From a virus (lineage: Duplodnaviria > Caudoviricetes): a DNA stretch of 64,000 nt. Positions 25,053 to 36,149 of this stretch are shown piece after piece (position 1 is the first letter of the stretch; the number at the start of each line of letters is the position of its first letter). The notes under the pieces are model-generated. The model had not been told where the DNA came from and ran no database searches. It worked only from the letters and a program-made list of their open reading frames with translations. Location of the stretch: IMG/VR virus record IMGVR_UViG_3300032038_009890, positions 32,001 through 96,000 of that record. The stretch is one strand, 5' to 3'. The translations under genes were made by a program, and so were the position numbers.

Positions 25053-25253
25053 TTAACTAGTTATTAATTTACATATATACTCTATCAATACCACAGGCCA
25101 GATAAGATCATGCGAATACCCATAAGCCAAAACAAGTAAGTAGCTTTCAATAGGTTCGTCTGAATCGAATCCTATTAGTTTGCATATCTCATACTGTTTC
25201 ACAAGACTTGCCCAAAAATAAAACGCCCAGTATATTATAAGCATATTTTTCAT
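25053..25253 (-). CDS. Small hydrophobic hypothetical protein
   Basis: ATGA overlap with the gmk stop. Confidence 0.5.
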   Translation of the reverse strand: MKNMLIIYWAFYFWASLVKQYEICKLIGFDSDEPIESYLLVLAYGYSHDLIWPVVLIEYICKLITS

Positions 25254-25783
25254 GATATTAATTTAATTATATCCTCAACGATTTCTTCTGGCGTTAAATT
25301 ATCAGTAGTAATTGCATAATCATAGTAGGAATCAATATTTTGAAAATCAGCTTTGTCTGCTTTAATTCTTCTAAGGGCCTCATCCGAGTCTTGTCCACGC
25401 TTCCTAAGACGGTCCCAAGCAACACCCTCGGTTACGTTAAGGTAAATAATTATAGGATTAATCTCATCCCCTACCATATGGCGAATTTTTTGCATCCCTT
25501 CAGGATTCATAACAATGCAACAGTCATCACATAATCCCTGCTTAGAAGTGCCGTAATACCATACATCACCAGAGGCCACATTGTATGACGTGGTCTCAAA
25601 AAAGAAATCTGCGCCGCGCAATTGCAAAAACTCAGCAGGAGTAAGATAATTGTATTCTTTATCCTCGCCCTCACGCTTTGGTCTAGTAGTATAAGTCCTT
25701 ATGCGCGTTATCCCGTGTAACTCTTCTAGTAGATTAGCCACAGTAGATTTACCGCTACAGGTCTTACCAACTAATATAATCAA
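25250..25783 (-). CDS. gmk: Guanylate kinase
   Basis: GKTCSGKST P-loop, YTTRPKREGE, WYYGTS. Confidence 0.88.
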   Translation of the reverse strand: MIILVGKTCSGKSTVANLLEELHGITRIRTYTTRPKREGEDKEYNYLTPAEFLQLRGADFFFETTSYNVASGDVWYYGTSKQGLCDDCCIVMNPEGMQKIRHMVGDEINPIIIYLNVTEGVAWDRLRKRGQDSDEALRRIKADKADFQNIDSYYDYAITTDNLTPEEIVEDIIKLIS

Positions 25784-26179
25784 TCAATCACCTTCTTGTT
25801 CTTCAACGCTTTTGGCGTCAACGATTATATATGGATACTCCATTTCTAAAATGGTATAGTGTTCTTTAACATATGATAGTGGTACAGTATCAGATATAGC
25901 AATTTTATATGCTTCTACACCTTTACAACGCGGAATATTAATAGCGGCATATATTGATGTTAAAGCAAGAATAATCATAAATACTAATTTCGCAATATCC
26001 CCCTGTTCCAATCCAACTACAATTAAAAGATATGTGAACACCAATAGAAACAAGATTGAACATATAGTGCTTATAATAGCAACACCATGTAACATTTCCC
26101 ACGTAGAATCAATCCATCGAATTTTATCTAATATTACAACGTTCATAGTTCTTCTTCCATTAATAAGAATCCAGGCCAA
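25784..26179 (-). CDS. Membrane hypothetical protein
   Basis: Two hydrophobic segments; operon packing (true start probably the second Met). Confidence 0.5.
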   Translation of the reverse strand: MAWILINGRRTMNVVILDKIRWIDSTWEMLHGVAIISTICSILFLLVFTYLLIVVGLEQGDIAKLVFMIILALTSIYAAINIPRCKGVEAYKIAISDTVPLSYVKEHYTILEMEYPYIIVDAKSVEEQEGD

Positions 26180-26418
26180 ACACTACAGGTCCTGTGTAGT
26201 AATTCTTCCAATACTTTGTCACTTTCTCCATCAACCGTCGGATGATCATATAATCGCAATTTATAGTTATGTTGCAGATAGTTAAGCCTCATAATAATGG
26301 CCCTAATCGTTGAACCATCTATGTCGGAGGAGTACTTATCATAATCTAATTCTTTCTCTGATTTAAGAAAAACTTCGGCCTGTCTCTTGATTTCTTCTTT
26401 GATCTCTTCTTTCTTCAT
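26143..26418 (-). CDS. Hypothetical protein
   Basis: Open frame with overlap coupling. Confidence 0.5.
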   Translation of the reverse strand: MKKEEIKEEIKRQAEVFLKSEKELDYDKYSSDIDGSTIRAIIMRLNYLQHNYKLRLYDHPTVDGESDKVLEELLHRTCSVWPGFLLMEEEL

Positions 26419-26660
26419 TTTAGCACCTCACAAGATGTAATATTATTCTTATAAATCATAAAAGCTTCATTGTAATCGCGTCCTGCATAAGCCCAGTTAT
26501 CATCTACCCAGACATGGTAAGTTACTTCGTTGCAATAATTGTTCTTTAGTAAATATGATTTACATAGCTTAAACAAGTGTACTGCATTGTTTTCTTCTAG
26601 AAGCCATGGATAATTACCTTCTTTTGCAAGGCTATTTAACCAAAGATGATATTTATCCAT
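26415..26660 (-). CDS. Hypothetical protein
   Basis: TAATG coupling to the dUTPase gene. Confidence 0.55.
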   Translation of the reverse strand: MDKYHLWLNSLAKEGNYPWLLEENNAVHLFKLCKSYLLKNNYCNEVTYHVWVDDNWAYAGRDYNEAFMIYKNNITSCEVLK

Positions 26661-27241
26661 TATGCCCCCGTAGAACCAAAACCACCATTGCGAATACCAT
26701 CTGCGTGATCATTATTTGTGATACCATAAATCTCGAAACTTGCTTGCACAAATTTGTCGCCCTTTTTAATATCAATCCTCTTATCGCCTTCATTCCTGAT
26801 TCTGATAAAAATATGTCCTTCGTTATCACTATAAAAATAATCGCTATCAATTTGAGGAATAGTGTTTGCTATACGCATAAAATATTTCGACCCAAGCCCG
26901 CTCCTAGGATAAAACGCAAGCTTAAATCCAGGAATCATCTTAGCCCTAATTCCTGTAGGAATCATAATAGATTCATTTGGGTCAAGCTTAAATGATAAAG
27001 GACTAAAGAAATCATAATCTCCAGAGCCAGTAGTACTTCGAATAGGCAAATTAAGATTATCATAAATCTCGCTTATGATTCTTTCGTTATACAGATACTC
27101 ATCTTGAGGTTTGGTAAATGTTATCAGCCAATCTTCTCGAAACTGCACATAAGATACTTTATAAAATTCTCCCACTCTCAGAGGCCATTCGCCAAAAATA
27201 TTTTTAAGTGTTTCAACATTCATAATTAAAATTCCCTCCAA
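26660..27241 (-). CDS. dut: Trimeric dUTPase
   Basis: SGDYDFF, YPRSGLG, IDSDYF and RNGGFGSTG motifs. Confidence 0.92.
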   Translation of the reverse strand: MEGILIMNVETLKNIFGEWPLRVGEFYKVSYVQFREDWLITFTKPQDEYLYNERIISEIYDNLNLPIRSTTGSGDYDFFSPLSFKLDPNESIMIPTGIRAKMIPGFKLAFYPRSGLGSKYFMRIANTIPQIDSDYFYSDNEGHIFIRIRNEGDKRIDIKKGDKFVQASFEIYGITNNDHADGIRNGGFGSTGA

Positions 27242-27789
27242 CCCTGAATAATCTCTTTAATTCTTTCTTTTTCAAATCCTTCGGCCTGTAAATAAACGAT
27301 ATACGCTTTAAGATCATATAAGGCGCGCGTTATCTTATTTTTCCGCTCATCAAAAATTGACGGATCGTTCTGAATCTTGCGCTTTATAACAATAGCATTA
27401 CTCCCATCATAATTCTGATAATATTCTTGAAATTCTTTCACTTCATATTCTACGGACGTTTCTCCACAATAAGAATCCAAATCGGAGCAAATTTTTTTCC
27501 ATTCTTTCGTTGATTCGTTATATTCATATACATTTGAAGGACAGAAAGGATCGTCCTCAACAGTTATACGTACGTCTACTGATTCATTTGTGGACCAAAT
27601 AATTTGCCCTCGTATATAAAGTCTATTGTCTATCACGGCATCAATAACATCATCAGATGTTTCATATTCTTCTACATTATTTGCATCGTGCAACACTTCA
27701 GCATACTTATATGCCTTTTCTTTCTCAATAAAAATCCTATTAATACACCAATCGGAATAGCTACCAGTAGATACAATATATACTTTCAT
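27226..27789 (-). CDS. Hypothetical protein (MKVYIV..G.YSD family)
   Basis: N-terminal motif common in phage accessory genes; resembles 28197..28661. Confidence 0.55.
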   Translation of the reverse strand: MKVYIVSTGSYSDWCINRIFIEKEKAYKYAEVLHDANNVEEYETSDDVIDAVIDNRLYIRGQIIWSTNESVDVRITVEDDPFCPSNVYEYNESTKEWKKICSDLDSYCGETSVEYEVKEFQEYYQNYDGSNAIVIKRKIQNDPSIFDERKNKITRALYDLKAYIVYLQAEGFEKERIKEIIQGWREF

Positions 27790-27798
27790 ATATTCTCC

Positions 27799-28200
27799 TT
27801 ATTTGCAGGCGGCAAAAACAATGATGTAATAGCTCGAAGCAATTTGCATCATGTGTGCCATTTGATCACATATTAAATTAATCGATCTCTTATTTGCTTT
27901 CATATCATCTATATAAGAATGCAGTAAAGCATGAAACGGAATAAGGAATAAACACATCATAAACCCATTAACATTCATTATTCTATATGAATAAAATAAG
28001 AGCGGCAAATGCACCATAAAAGCCCAACTAAATCCATGCATGATCAGAGCAACGATATAATCATACTTATACATCTTATCAGGCGCATGTTCACTCCACC
28101 ACTTCTTCTGCTTCATACTTGCCAAAACACCTTGCAGATAATAATCGTCTACAATATGGCAAAAGATCATGCAAAGCAGAATAAATATTTTGATACTCAT
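27799..28200 (-). CDS. DUF3307-like membrane protein
   Basis: HIVDDYYLQ...H...HSYIDDMK...DQMAH. Confidence 0.7.
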   Translation of the reverse strand: MSIKIFILLCMIFCHIVDDYYLQGVLASMKQKKWWSEHAPDKMYKYDYIVALIMHGFSWAFMVHLPLLFYSYRIMNVNGFMMCLFLIPFHALLHSYIDDMKANKRSINLICDQMAHMMQIASSYYIIVFAACK

Positions 28201-28661
28201 ATCTCACCTTCTCCTCGCTCTTTTTTAATTGCCTCTGTTATTTCTTCGTCTGTCATTCCCCTGCTAACCATATCCTTAACCTTTACCATCCAAGCGGTCA
28301 GCACGGCTTTGATACTTTTTTCAAGTATATCCATATCTTCGCCCCTATATTCCCTAACATATTGTATAATCCAATACTCTCCACACATAAAACCATGGCC
28401 ATACTCCATGCCAGTAAATGTAGTTACTTCATGACAATAAAGGTCTATTTTTACTTCTATTACTTTATCATTATCCCATAATATATGCGCTCCAACATAT
28501 TGTTTTGTGAGAATGTCTATATGATTATCTTCCAATTCCCAAGTAATATAAGTAAAATATTCTGGGTCAGTAGCATTTATATATCTTTCAGCATTCTTTT
28601 TTTCTGCAAAAATATGCGCGGTTCCTGTGTCTTTACCAGATACTATATAAACACATTTCAT
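28197..28661 (-). CDS. Hypothetical protein
   Basis: ATGA coupling; similar to 27226..27789. Confidence 0.55.
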   Translation of the reverse strand: MKCVYIVSGKDTGTAHIFAEKKNAERYINATDPEYFTYITWELEDNHIDILTKQYVGAHILWDNDKVIEVKIDLYCHEVTTFTGMEYGHGFMCGEYWIIQYVREYRGEDMDILEKSIKAVLTAWMVKVKDMVSRGMTDEEITEAIKKERGEGEI

Positions 28662-29354
28662 TCTTCGTCCTCTATTTGTATCTTACCATTTTCCCATGCA
28701 TCTGAAATAGTTTTTACTGCCAAACGCCAAGCAGAGCCGTCAAATATTCTTCCGACTTCTTTTGCTTGTGTTTTCTGATTAGAATATAGATCGTTTTGCA
28801 GGCAGTCATTCATACCACGATTTACAAGTATTTTAAACGCATCAGATAGTTTCATTCGTCATCACCAGTGTACACAGTCAATTCCTTTTTACGTTTTTCG
28901 GCCTCTTTAACCACGGCGACTGCTAAAGCCCTATCATCAAAAACACTCACGTCGCACTCATCGTAAGAAATAATAAATGCTTGGCGAGAATCCTTGTCTA
29001 CCCCTACAAAACTATTCTCGTATACTGTGCGTACCTTTAATTCACACACCTCATATATACCAGTATTGTGATGGATACGACTCCAATATACGGTTTCACC
29101 AAGACCTATTACCTTCATTACTCACTGTCTCCAAATTGTGGAGAAAGATTATACGGGAACTGCGATTCTATATATTCTTGTAATAGGCTCAACATTTCAT
29201 CTTCCTCGGGAAAGAATATATCACGTCTTTTAACAGATTGCACCCATCCAAGGAAATTTGACATAAATTGCCCAAAACGTTGGCTTACAAAGTATCTCTT
29301 ATGGGCCGCACAAAGTTCTGCATAAAATTTATCTAATCTATTTGGGTCTCTCAC
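28658..29354 (-). CDS. Three small coupled hypothetical ORFs (28658-28855, 28852-29118, 29118-29354)
   Basis: ATGA/TAATG overlaps; MRDPNRL...RFGQ is a familiar small phage protein pattern. Confidence 0.55.
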
Positions 29355-30190
29355 AATCTAAACCTCGTCTTGCTATCCTTTTTATTTTCTAATTTATCCA
29401 ACAATATGGCCGCAAGTTCAACATCACCATTATGATTTGCCATGTCCAATAGTTTTTTCATTGTTGGCGCTTTGATATAATCATCTTTCACCAACTGTAT
29501 AACAATATCTCTACAATACGGATAATAATTCAACGCTATGTCTTTTGCATGCTTCGCAATATATTCTTTTGATTCGTTATACATTGGATCATCTTCAGAA
29601 GCAAGCGGCAAGAAATTAAGAAATGTTACGACTTTTTCCATTATTGATTGGCTTTTATGCACAGGCGGAAAGATAGTTGGCTTAATTGTTTTCTTGTGCT
29701 GAGCATATAGCCAAATACGATGTTTTATTCCCTCTACATATTGAATATCCATCATGCATTCATTAACTGGATTATATACTGCTCTTGTTAGTTTATTATT
29801 TCCTTTAAGCTTGCGGAAATAATCTTCACACCATCGACTGGTTTTAAGATAGTCTTGTCTAAGGAATTCTTCTCGTCTCTGATATTCTGAAAGAGTGTGG
29901 CATGGAGAAAGTAATTCTTCCTCAGAAAAAATATGTTTATCTAGATATGCAAATACCTTTTTTAATATTTCATCTTTCTTTGTATCGTACATATAAAATC
30001 CATAGCATGAATATTCATATACTTCGTAGTGCATTTTGTCAAATAAATTAAAGTATAAATAGCCGTCACCGTTTGATCGGACATATATCTTATATCCTTT
30101 ATAGTCAAATTGATCTATTGCCCAACTTTTTGCAAGCTCCTCATCACTAAGTTGATCATTCTTATATATTCCAGTGCAATCATATCCCAT
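29351..30190 (-). CDS. Hypothetical protein, 279 aa
   Basis: Long open frame in operon context. Confidence 0.6.
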   Translation of the reverse strand: MGYDCTGIYKNDQLSDEELAKSWAIDQFDYKGYKIYVRSNGDGYLYFNLFDKMHYEVYEYSCYGFYMYDTKKDEILKKVFAYLDKHIFSEEELLSPCHTLSEYQRREEFLRQDYLKTSRWCEDYFRKLKGNNKLTRAVYNPVNECMMDIQYVEGIKHRIWLYAQHKKTIKPTIFPPVHKSQSIMEKVVTFLNFLPLASEDDPMYNESKEYIAKHAKDIALNYYPYCRDIVIQLVKDDYIKAPTMKKLLDMANHNGDVELAAILLDKLENKKDSKTRFRL

Positions 30191-30191
30191 C

Positions 30192-30767
30192 TTATTGCCT
30201 CATATTATTAGTTATTCTTATGAGTTGTCCTCCAATTAAATTTCCAATTACTACTTTGCACAAAAACACAATATCATATGGATTAAATTTTCTTGCTACT
30301 CCAAAATACACCATGTCAGCAATACTATGCTCAAAACCGCAAACAATAAAAGCCATCACACCCATTATAAGCAAAATAGGTTGATTGTTTTTATATCCTT
30401 CAACTGCAATATAAATAAAAATATTACAAAGCACTGCCAATATAATTGTTTGTAATGATGTTTCAGATAGCTTTGTATTACAAACCGCAATGGCATTTTC
30501 ATAAAGATTAGGCTTAACAAAGCTGATAATAAGTCCTCCTATATACGCGCCAATGAAATTGCCAAAAAGAATACTTGTTAACTCATAAATATCTTTTGAA
30601 TAAGATGCTTTACCAGTAAATAGTAATTGTCCAGTACAACATATAGCGTATAATCCAACGGCAAATAAAAATGCACCAATTATTTTATTGTCAACCGAGA
30701 GGGAACACGTCCCTCCCAGTGCAATAAACAATCCACCAATTATGGATTTAATTAATCGTTGTTCCAT
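30192..30767 (-). CDS. Formate/nitrite transporter (FNT, FocA-like), short form
   Basis: GGLFIALGG, LLFTGK, GNFIG, LCNIFI, GFEHSIADM and GNLIGG signature segments. Confidence 0.88.
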   Translation of the reverse strand: MEQRLIKSIIGGLFIALGGTCSLSVDNKIIGAFLFAVGLYAICCTGQLLFTGKASYSKDIYELTSILFGNFIGAYIGGLIISFVKPNLYENAIAVCNTKLSETSLQTIILAVLCNIFIYIAVEGYKNNQPILLIMGVMAFIVCGFEHSIADMVYFGVARKFNPYDIVFLCKVVIGNLIGGQLIRITNNMRQ

Positions 30768-31297
30768 AAAATAATCTCTTCGTTTTCATCAAATTTCTTC
30801 ATAGTGTTTTTTATATCAATGATTCTTTGATTCGCACTTCCACGAAAAGCTAAAGTCAAATCACGTTTATCGTATTCAAATTGACCATCAATCAGAACAT
30901 CTATATTTGATAATAGATTATATCTTGATAATGTTTGCTCACTGTTTGAATATTCAACAGAAAGAATAATATCTTCAAATTTAAAGCCTGTATAAACCCA
31001 GACTTGTTTATTTGGATACAATTTTCTTATTCTTTGAATCAAATGATATATTGTAGTTACATTTTGTTCAGCCAGAGGCTCTCCACCAAGAAATGAAACT
31101 CGCTTAATGTAATCACGTCCGACCAATTTTAAGAATCGTTCTTCTGTTTCTTCTGTCCATTCTTTGCCCCCATTAAAATCCCAAGTTTGCTGATTAAAAC
31201 ATCCTTTGCAATGAAAGGGACAGCCTTGAACAAACAGACTTACGCCAACGCTATTCCCATTACAAATATCGCATTCATAAAAATCTGCATATCTCAT
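30752..31297 (-). CDS. nrdG: Anaerobic ribonucleotide reductase activase
   Basis: GCPFHCKGCFN radical-SAM motif, LGGEP, FRGSANQRII. Confidence 0.95.
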   Translation of the reverse strand: MRYADFYECDICNGNSVGVSLFVQGCPFHCKGCFNQQTWDFNGGKEWTEETEERFLKLVGRDYIKRVSFLGGEPLAEQNVTTIYHLIQRIRKLYPNKQVWVYTGFKFEDIILSVEYSNSEQTLSRYNLLSNIDVLIDGQFEYDKRDLTLAFRGSANQRIIDIKNTMKKFDENEEIILWNND

Positions 31298-31301
31298 TAT
31301 A

Positions 31302-32580
31302 TCACTCTCCTAAACTAGAGGAGATATCAGTATGATGTGTACGCATCTCTACCTCTTGCTGTTTGCCAAGGTTAAATGCTTCTTTGTAATCGTTTGTTAA
31401 GTATCCTGTAACTCTACGCAGTCGTTTGATGTTAGATGAACCACATTTTGGACAAGTATCAGAAATCTCATCTATATAACCACAGTCCATACATTGATCA
31501 TTGGGTAAATTAATCGCAAAATACGGAACATCTTTATCCATAGCATAATCTACAATTTCTTCAAGTGCATCAATATTATTCTTTGCACTGTCAGACAGCT
31601 CTGTATATGTAATACAACCTGCTGAACTATAACCAGTTAACTGGGATTCGATATCAATCTTATCAAAAGGATTCATCTTATGCCATACAGGAACATGAAT
31701 TGAATTAGTAAAATACTCATTTTCAGAAACATTAAGAATCTTACCATACTTAGCTTGGAATTTCTTCATTGCCGTATAGCATAAATTCTCTGCCGGAGAA
31801 TAGTAAACTCCAAAATTCAGCTTATATTCCTGTTTAAATTCTGCGCATCTATCTTTAAATAACTGCTCAATCTTTTTTGCTAATTCCATACCTTCGTTAG
31901 TTGTATGATCACAGCCGATAAGAATCTGAAGAGTTTCTGCTAGGCCCAACTGCCCAAGCGCAAGCGTCCCATGTTTTAAAGCAGATCGAATTCCTTCTTC
32001 AGGAATATATCCCTCCATAGTCCCATTCTCATACATAAACTTAGCAGAATCAGGAGACTGAGAACAAATCCACTCAAAACGCTCAAGTAACATATCTTTT
32101 GCTTCATGAATCTTCTTATCAAGAAGTCCCATAAATTCATCAATATTCTTTGCACCAACTTCACCAGATACTTCCATAGCAAGAGTTGGCATGATTACAG
32201 TCACAGGGCAAATATTCCCACGACCATCTTTGAGTTGTCCAAAACCGTTAATATCATAGCCATTTGCTGTCCTACAACCCATAGTACTAAAGTATGTCTT
32301 AGGATCATTGCGATCATACCCGGCATTTCCTGACCAATCTACATTTGCATAGTTTGGATAAAGTCTTCTCGCTGTTGATTTTAACGCAAGTCTTTTTAAA
32401 TCATAATTTGGCGTTCCAGGCTTATCATTTACATCTTTCATATATTGGAAAATGCCACAAGGAAATACAGATGTTCTGTCAAGTTTACCAATACCTTTTA
32501 TAGATACTTCTAAAATTGCCTTAGTTACCATGCGTCCTTCTAGAAGAGTGCATGTACCATAATTAATTGAAGTGAAAGGT
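31302..32580 (-). CDS. nrdD: Class III ribonucleotide reductase, exon 2
   Basis: PFTSINYGT, STMGCRT, YFTNS, CxxC...CPKCG and the RRVTGYL glycyl-radical motif. Confidence 0.95.
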
Positions 32581-33695
32581 CAATCATGTTATCCTATGAG
32601 CTTTTTATCTCGTAGTTCTTACAATTTCTTGTAAGTTCAGCATATATATTCATACTCAATTATTTGAATATGTTGAACACTCGTGGGCGAATTATTCTAT
32701 TCGTCATCGCCTATGCGTTACGATTTCATATCACCTTTTATTTTGATATGATTATCTCGGTATTACCATATTTATAAACTATAATATTCTTTAAAATCTT
32801 CGTATAGATTTTTCTTTCTAATCAAACATATATTCGAATTATTGTATATCCATTCTCCGATTTCAAAAATATCTTTTGTTGCTCCCCATTTTATCTCACT
32901 CAAATTTCTATCGGCATAATCGTATATTTTGGGGATTCTTATCTTTAAATGCTCTCCTAAATATTCGCCAATATCTTTCATCAATTTATGTATGCCACAA
33001 AACGAAAGTGAATGTAAATATCTTCCGCTATCAATTTTATGTGCTGTAATATTTCCATCACCGTCAAGAATTCCTCTTATCAAATGTGACATCAAATTAT
33101 CATTAATAATAGGTAGGTAAGTATTTAATGTTTTGTTTTGCTCTATCCCATATTTTTTTAAATCTTTTGCCATAATATCACTTCGAACAGCCACTTGAGC
33201 GCATCCTCTTCCATCATATCCAACAGACGTATTAGAATGAACATCTTCAAGAAATCGTTTCAAAATATATTCATCGTCTTCTTTTTGTGTTATTGAGATA
33301 GATGACTGTCTTCCATCTTTTGGCACAAATACATTCCCATCAGTTATAATCATTCCTAAATAGTATGCTTTAAACTCTGTATCTATTATCTCGAAATAAT
33401 GTTCATCCATATTGGGGTTATATACTTGTGCTTTTTTATATCTTTCAATATTATTCTGATTGAATATTTTAATTACTGTTGGATTACTTAGTTCAAACAT
33501 TGTTCCAACATCTTTTATGGTCATTGGCCTACTTTTATAAAAGGCAATTACTTCCTACTCTAGTTCTATTGTAATCGGTTTACCAGTTGGCATTATCATA
33601 CTCCTTTATTTTTATTTAGGGATATAAATTTAGGCTTTACCGATATTGCTCAATTCATTTAATCGTACTATATACAATTAACAGCCACTACTTAT
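32581..33695 (-). mobile_element. Group I intron in nrdD (1115 nt)
   Basis: 5' junction CAGCT^ATAAGTAGTGGCTG forms P1 with a U.G pair; terminal G at ...CATGATTG^ACCT. Removal restores SGNQ-L-PFTSINYG and a 734-aa NrdD. Complementary core elements ATCGGT/ACCGAG and GCATA/TATGC. Confidence 0.9.
32772..33593 (-). CDS. Intron-encoded LAGLIDADG homing endonuclease; 1 TAG at codon 13
   Basis: YYLGMIITDG and LIRGILDGDG motifs; AAGGAG SD before ATG 33593; MPTGKPITIELE(TAG)EVIAFY is in frame with track ORF 32772..33524. Confidence 0.85.
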
Positions 33696-34621
33696 AGCTG
33701 GTTTCCACTTCGTGATTGTAATGTATTTAAATTGTGATACATTCCTTCTACACCCTGATAGATTTCACGATCAGTCATATCCAAAGCATACTGATAAGCC
33801 TTTGAATAATGCTTATATACCGTATCCTCAATGGACCAATCTTCTGGTGAAACTATATTCTCAGGAATGCAATTTTCAATATATTTACATCCATCTTTCC
33901 AATGTTTATAGAAGCTTTTCCTAACATAAGGAACCATTGTCCAATCAAGATGAGTAGAACTTACACCGCCAAATTGTTGTAAGCTTTGCAACTGAAACAA
34001 AACAGCCACAAGTTGAAACGCAGTATTAACACTCTGAGCAGGTCTTACATCTGTCTGCCTAGTATTAAATCCATTCTTAAGTAACTTATCAAACGGAACA
34101 CTTAAACAATTATGACACCCAACAACATAGTTATCCAGATCGTGAATATATACTTCATTATTCAGATGATTGTTTCTACTCACTTCAGACATATAATCAT
34201 CGAGAGCCAATTTACGCATCAACTCAGCATCTGCTTCGCCTTTTCTCCCGCCAAAACTGTGCTCATCCACATTAGCATTTTGATTCTGCACATTACTGGC
34301 GGAGACCTTTTCCTTAATTGCTCTCATCCAGGCAGTATTACGTTCACGCACTCTACTACGAGTACTCCTGTAAACAATATAAGCTCTGGCGACATCTTTA
34401 CGATTACTTGCCATGAGCTTATCTTCCACAATATTTTGTATTTCTTCTACATTTAAATCTCTTTTTAGTGACTCAACATATCTAGCAATTTCAGAAGCTT
34501 TATCTTTTGCATGAGAATCGAGTTTGTCGCCGTCTATTTCATAATATGCTTTTAATACGGATTCTTTTATCTTACTTTTATCAAATTCAACAAGTCTTCC
34601 ATCGCGCTTAATTACATTCAC
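33696..34621 (-). CDS. nrdD: Class III ribonucleotide reductase, exon 1 (ATP cone)
   Basis: VIKRDGR ATP cone, NANVDE, YIHDLD...HNC, LQQFGG. Confidence 0.95.
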
Positions 34622-34625
34622 ATTA

Positions 34626-35012
34626 TTACTTCCTTTCCAACTTATAATACTCCCTCATATCCTTCTTAATCCTCTCACCTTTCCTGTAGTGATACACACC
34701 TACATCCAAAAGAGCGTCATTAAATTTGGATACCTTACTATACATCCGATTCAGCGCAGACATGATCTTCTGATGCTTAATCGAATAAATCTTTGCCTCG
34801 ACCAGACCCATGCCATACTGTTCATTAAACTCATCACCATCTTGACACACAGCATGTGCCTTTATAGTCACAATATCTTCTTCTGGTAATAAAGCCGCGG
34901 CAATATAATCATTATCTGTATTACTTAGCTTATCAACAATATAGGCCCTGCGGTCAAACACATAGGTCCCAGATACTGTCTTTTTCTCTGCATCAATATC
35001 ATACGTAATCAT
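34626..35012 (-). CDS. Hypothetical protein
   Basis: AVCQDGDEFNEQYG resembles a common phage C...D.F...G motif. Confidence 0.55.
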   Translation of the reverse strand: MITYDIDAEKKTVSGTYVFDRRAYIVDKLSNTDNDYIAAALLPEEDIVTIKAHAVCQDGDEFNEQYGMGLVEAKIYSIKHQKIMSALNRMYSKVSKFNDALLDVGVYHYRKGERIKKDMREYYKLERK

Positions 35013-35014
35013 AT

Positions 35015-36147
35015 TTATTTTTTCTTCCTCTTAAATCTTGGAATTCTTATCTCGGGTAACATGCCGATATGCACCCTGATTACATCCCTACAGGGATAAA
35101 TCCTAGGCCAGAGCATCTTGATTCTCTCCCACATCTCTACCACCCCCTTTCAAAGCAAAACCCTAACTATTTCTCAAATCTATAGGATACGGATCAGATT
35201 CCCATTCTGCTCCACAAGTATGGCATCTATAACTATCTATGCGCCAATTATGCCAACGCGAAGGTAAAAACCGACCCCAAAAATCTCCTCTAGCAGGTCC
35301 ATAATAACCTTTACTGGGAACAAGATATTCTAATTCAATTCCTCCAGTAATATAAGGATAAAAATGACTTCTGCTCTCTCCACAGCAGGGACAAACAGCA
35401 AACTTCTTACGGGATTCTTCCTGTACCATCAGATTGGCATCGCAATTATCAGGTAACTTCGTCAGTTTCATTAAATTCTCTCCCGCAATAAGGACAATAT
35501 TGGAGATGGTCTAAATAAGTACCACTATAGTAATAATCGTCAACTCTACAAATCAACGAAATACTATTATCTTTTTCTTTAACTAATCCAGTATTCCAGT
35601 ATAATGGATTCTTACTAACAACTTCTTCAATATCAACAATCTTTTTACAGAAATCACACATCTAACTACCTCAATATATCAAAACAGCTTTCTTCCGCAG
35701 ACCATACACCTGTGCAATGTAAAAGTAGATCCCTTCTCATCCCTGATAAAATATTTGCCCTGATTCGTGACACAAAAATCAATTCCGCCGGGAGTAAGAG
35801 GACGATAGATCATGTTTTCCTGACGTGTTGTTTCCTTCCATTTCTCAGGTTCACATAAAGAACACATGGTCCACCTCTTATTCCAACTTGTCTACGCCTT
35901 TAAGATAATAAAAACTATTTAAGGTTTCAACAATCGTGACATCTCCATCAACAATGATGCTTCTGATCTTTGTAGTAACCATATCCTTATTAGCATTGGG
36001 CCAAACACAGCGGAAGATTCCTCGACTTCCCACAGAGATTGCTGACTGCACATCGTCAATTATGCGCCCAATGCGACTGGTTGCTTTATCATCATATAAC
36101 TTATCTGCGCCAACTTTGTCTGTGATTTTAACAATTTTCCTAAACAT
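35015..36147 (-). CDS. Run of small ORFs, several with Zn-ribbon CxxC pairs (35015-35134, 35163-35471, 35449-35661, 35679-35867, 35878-36147)
   Basis: CPCCG/CHTCG, MCDFC...CPYCG, MCSLC...CMVCG; 35163..35471 ends in TAG. Confidence 0.55.
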
Positions 36148-36149
36148 CC

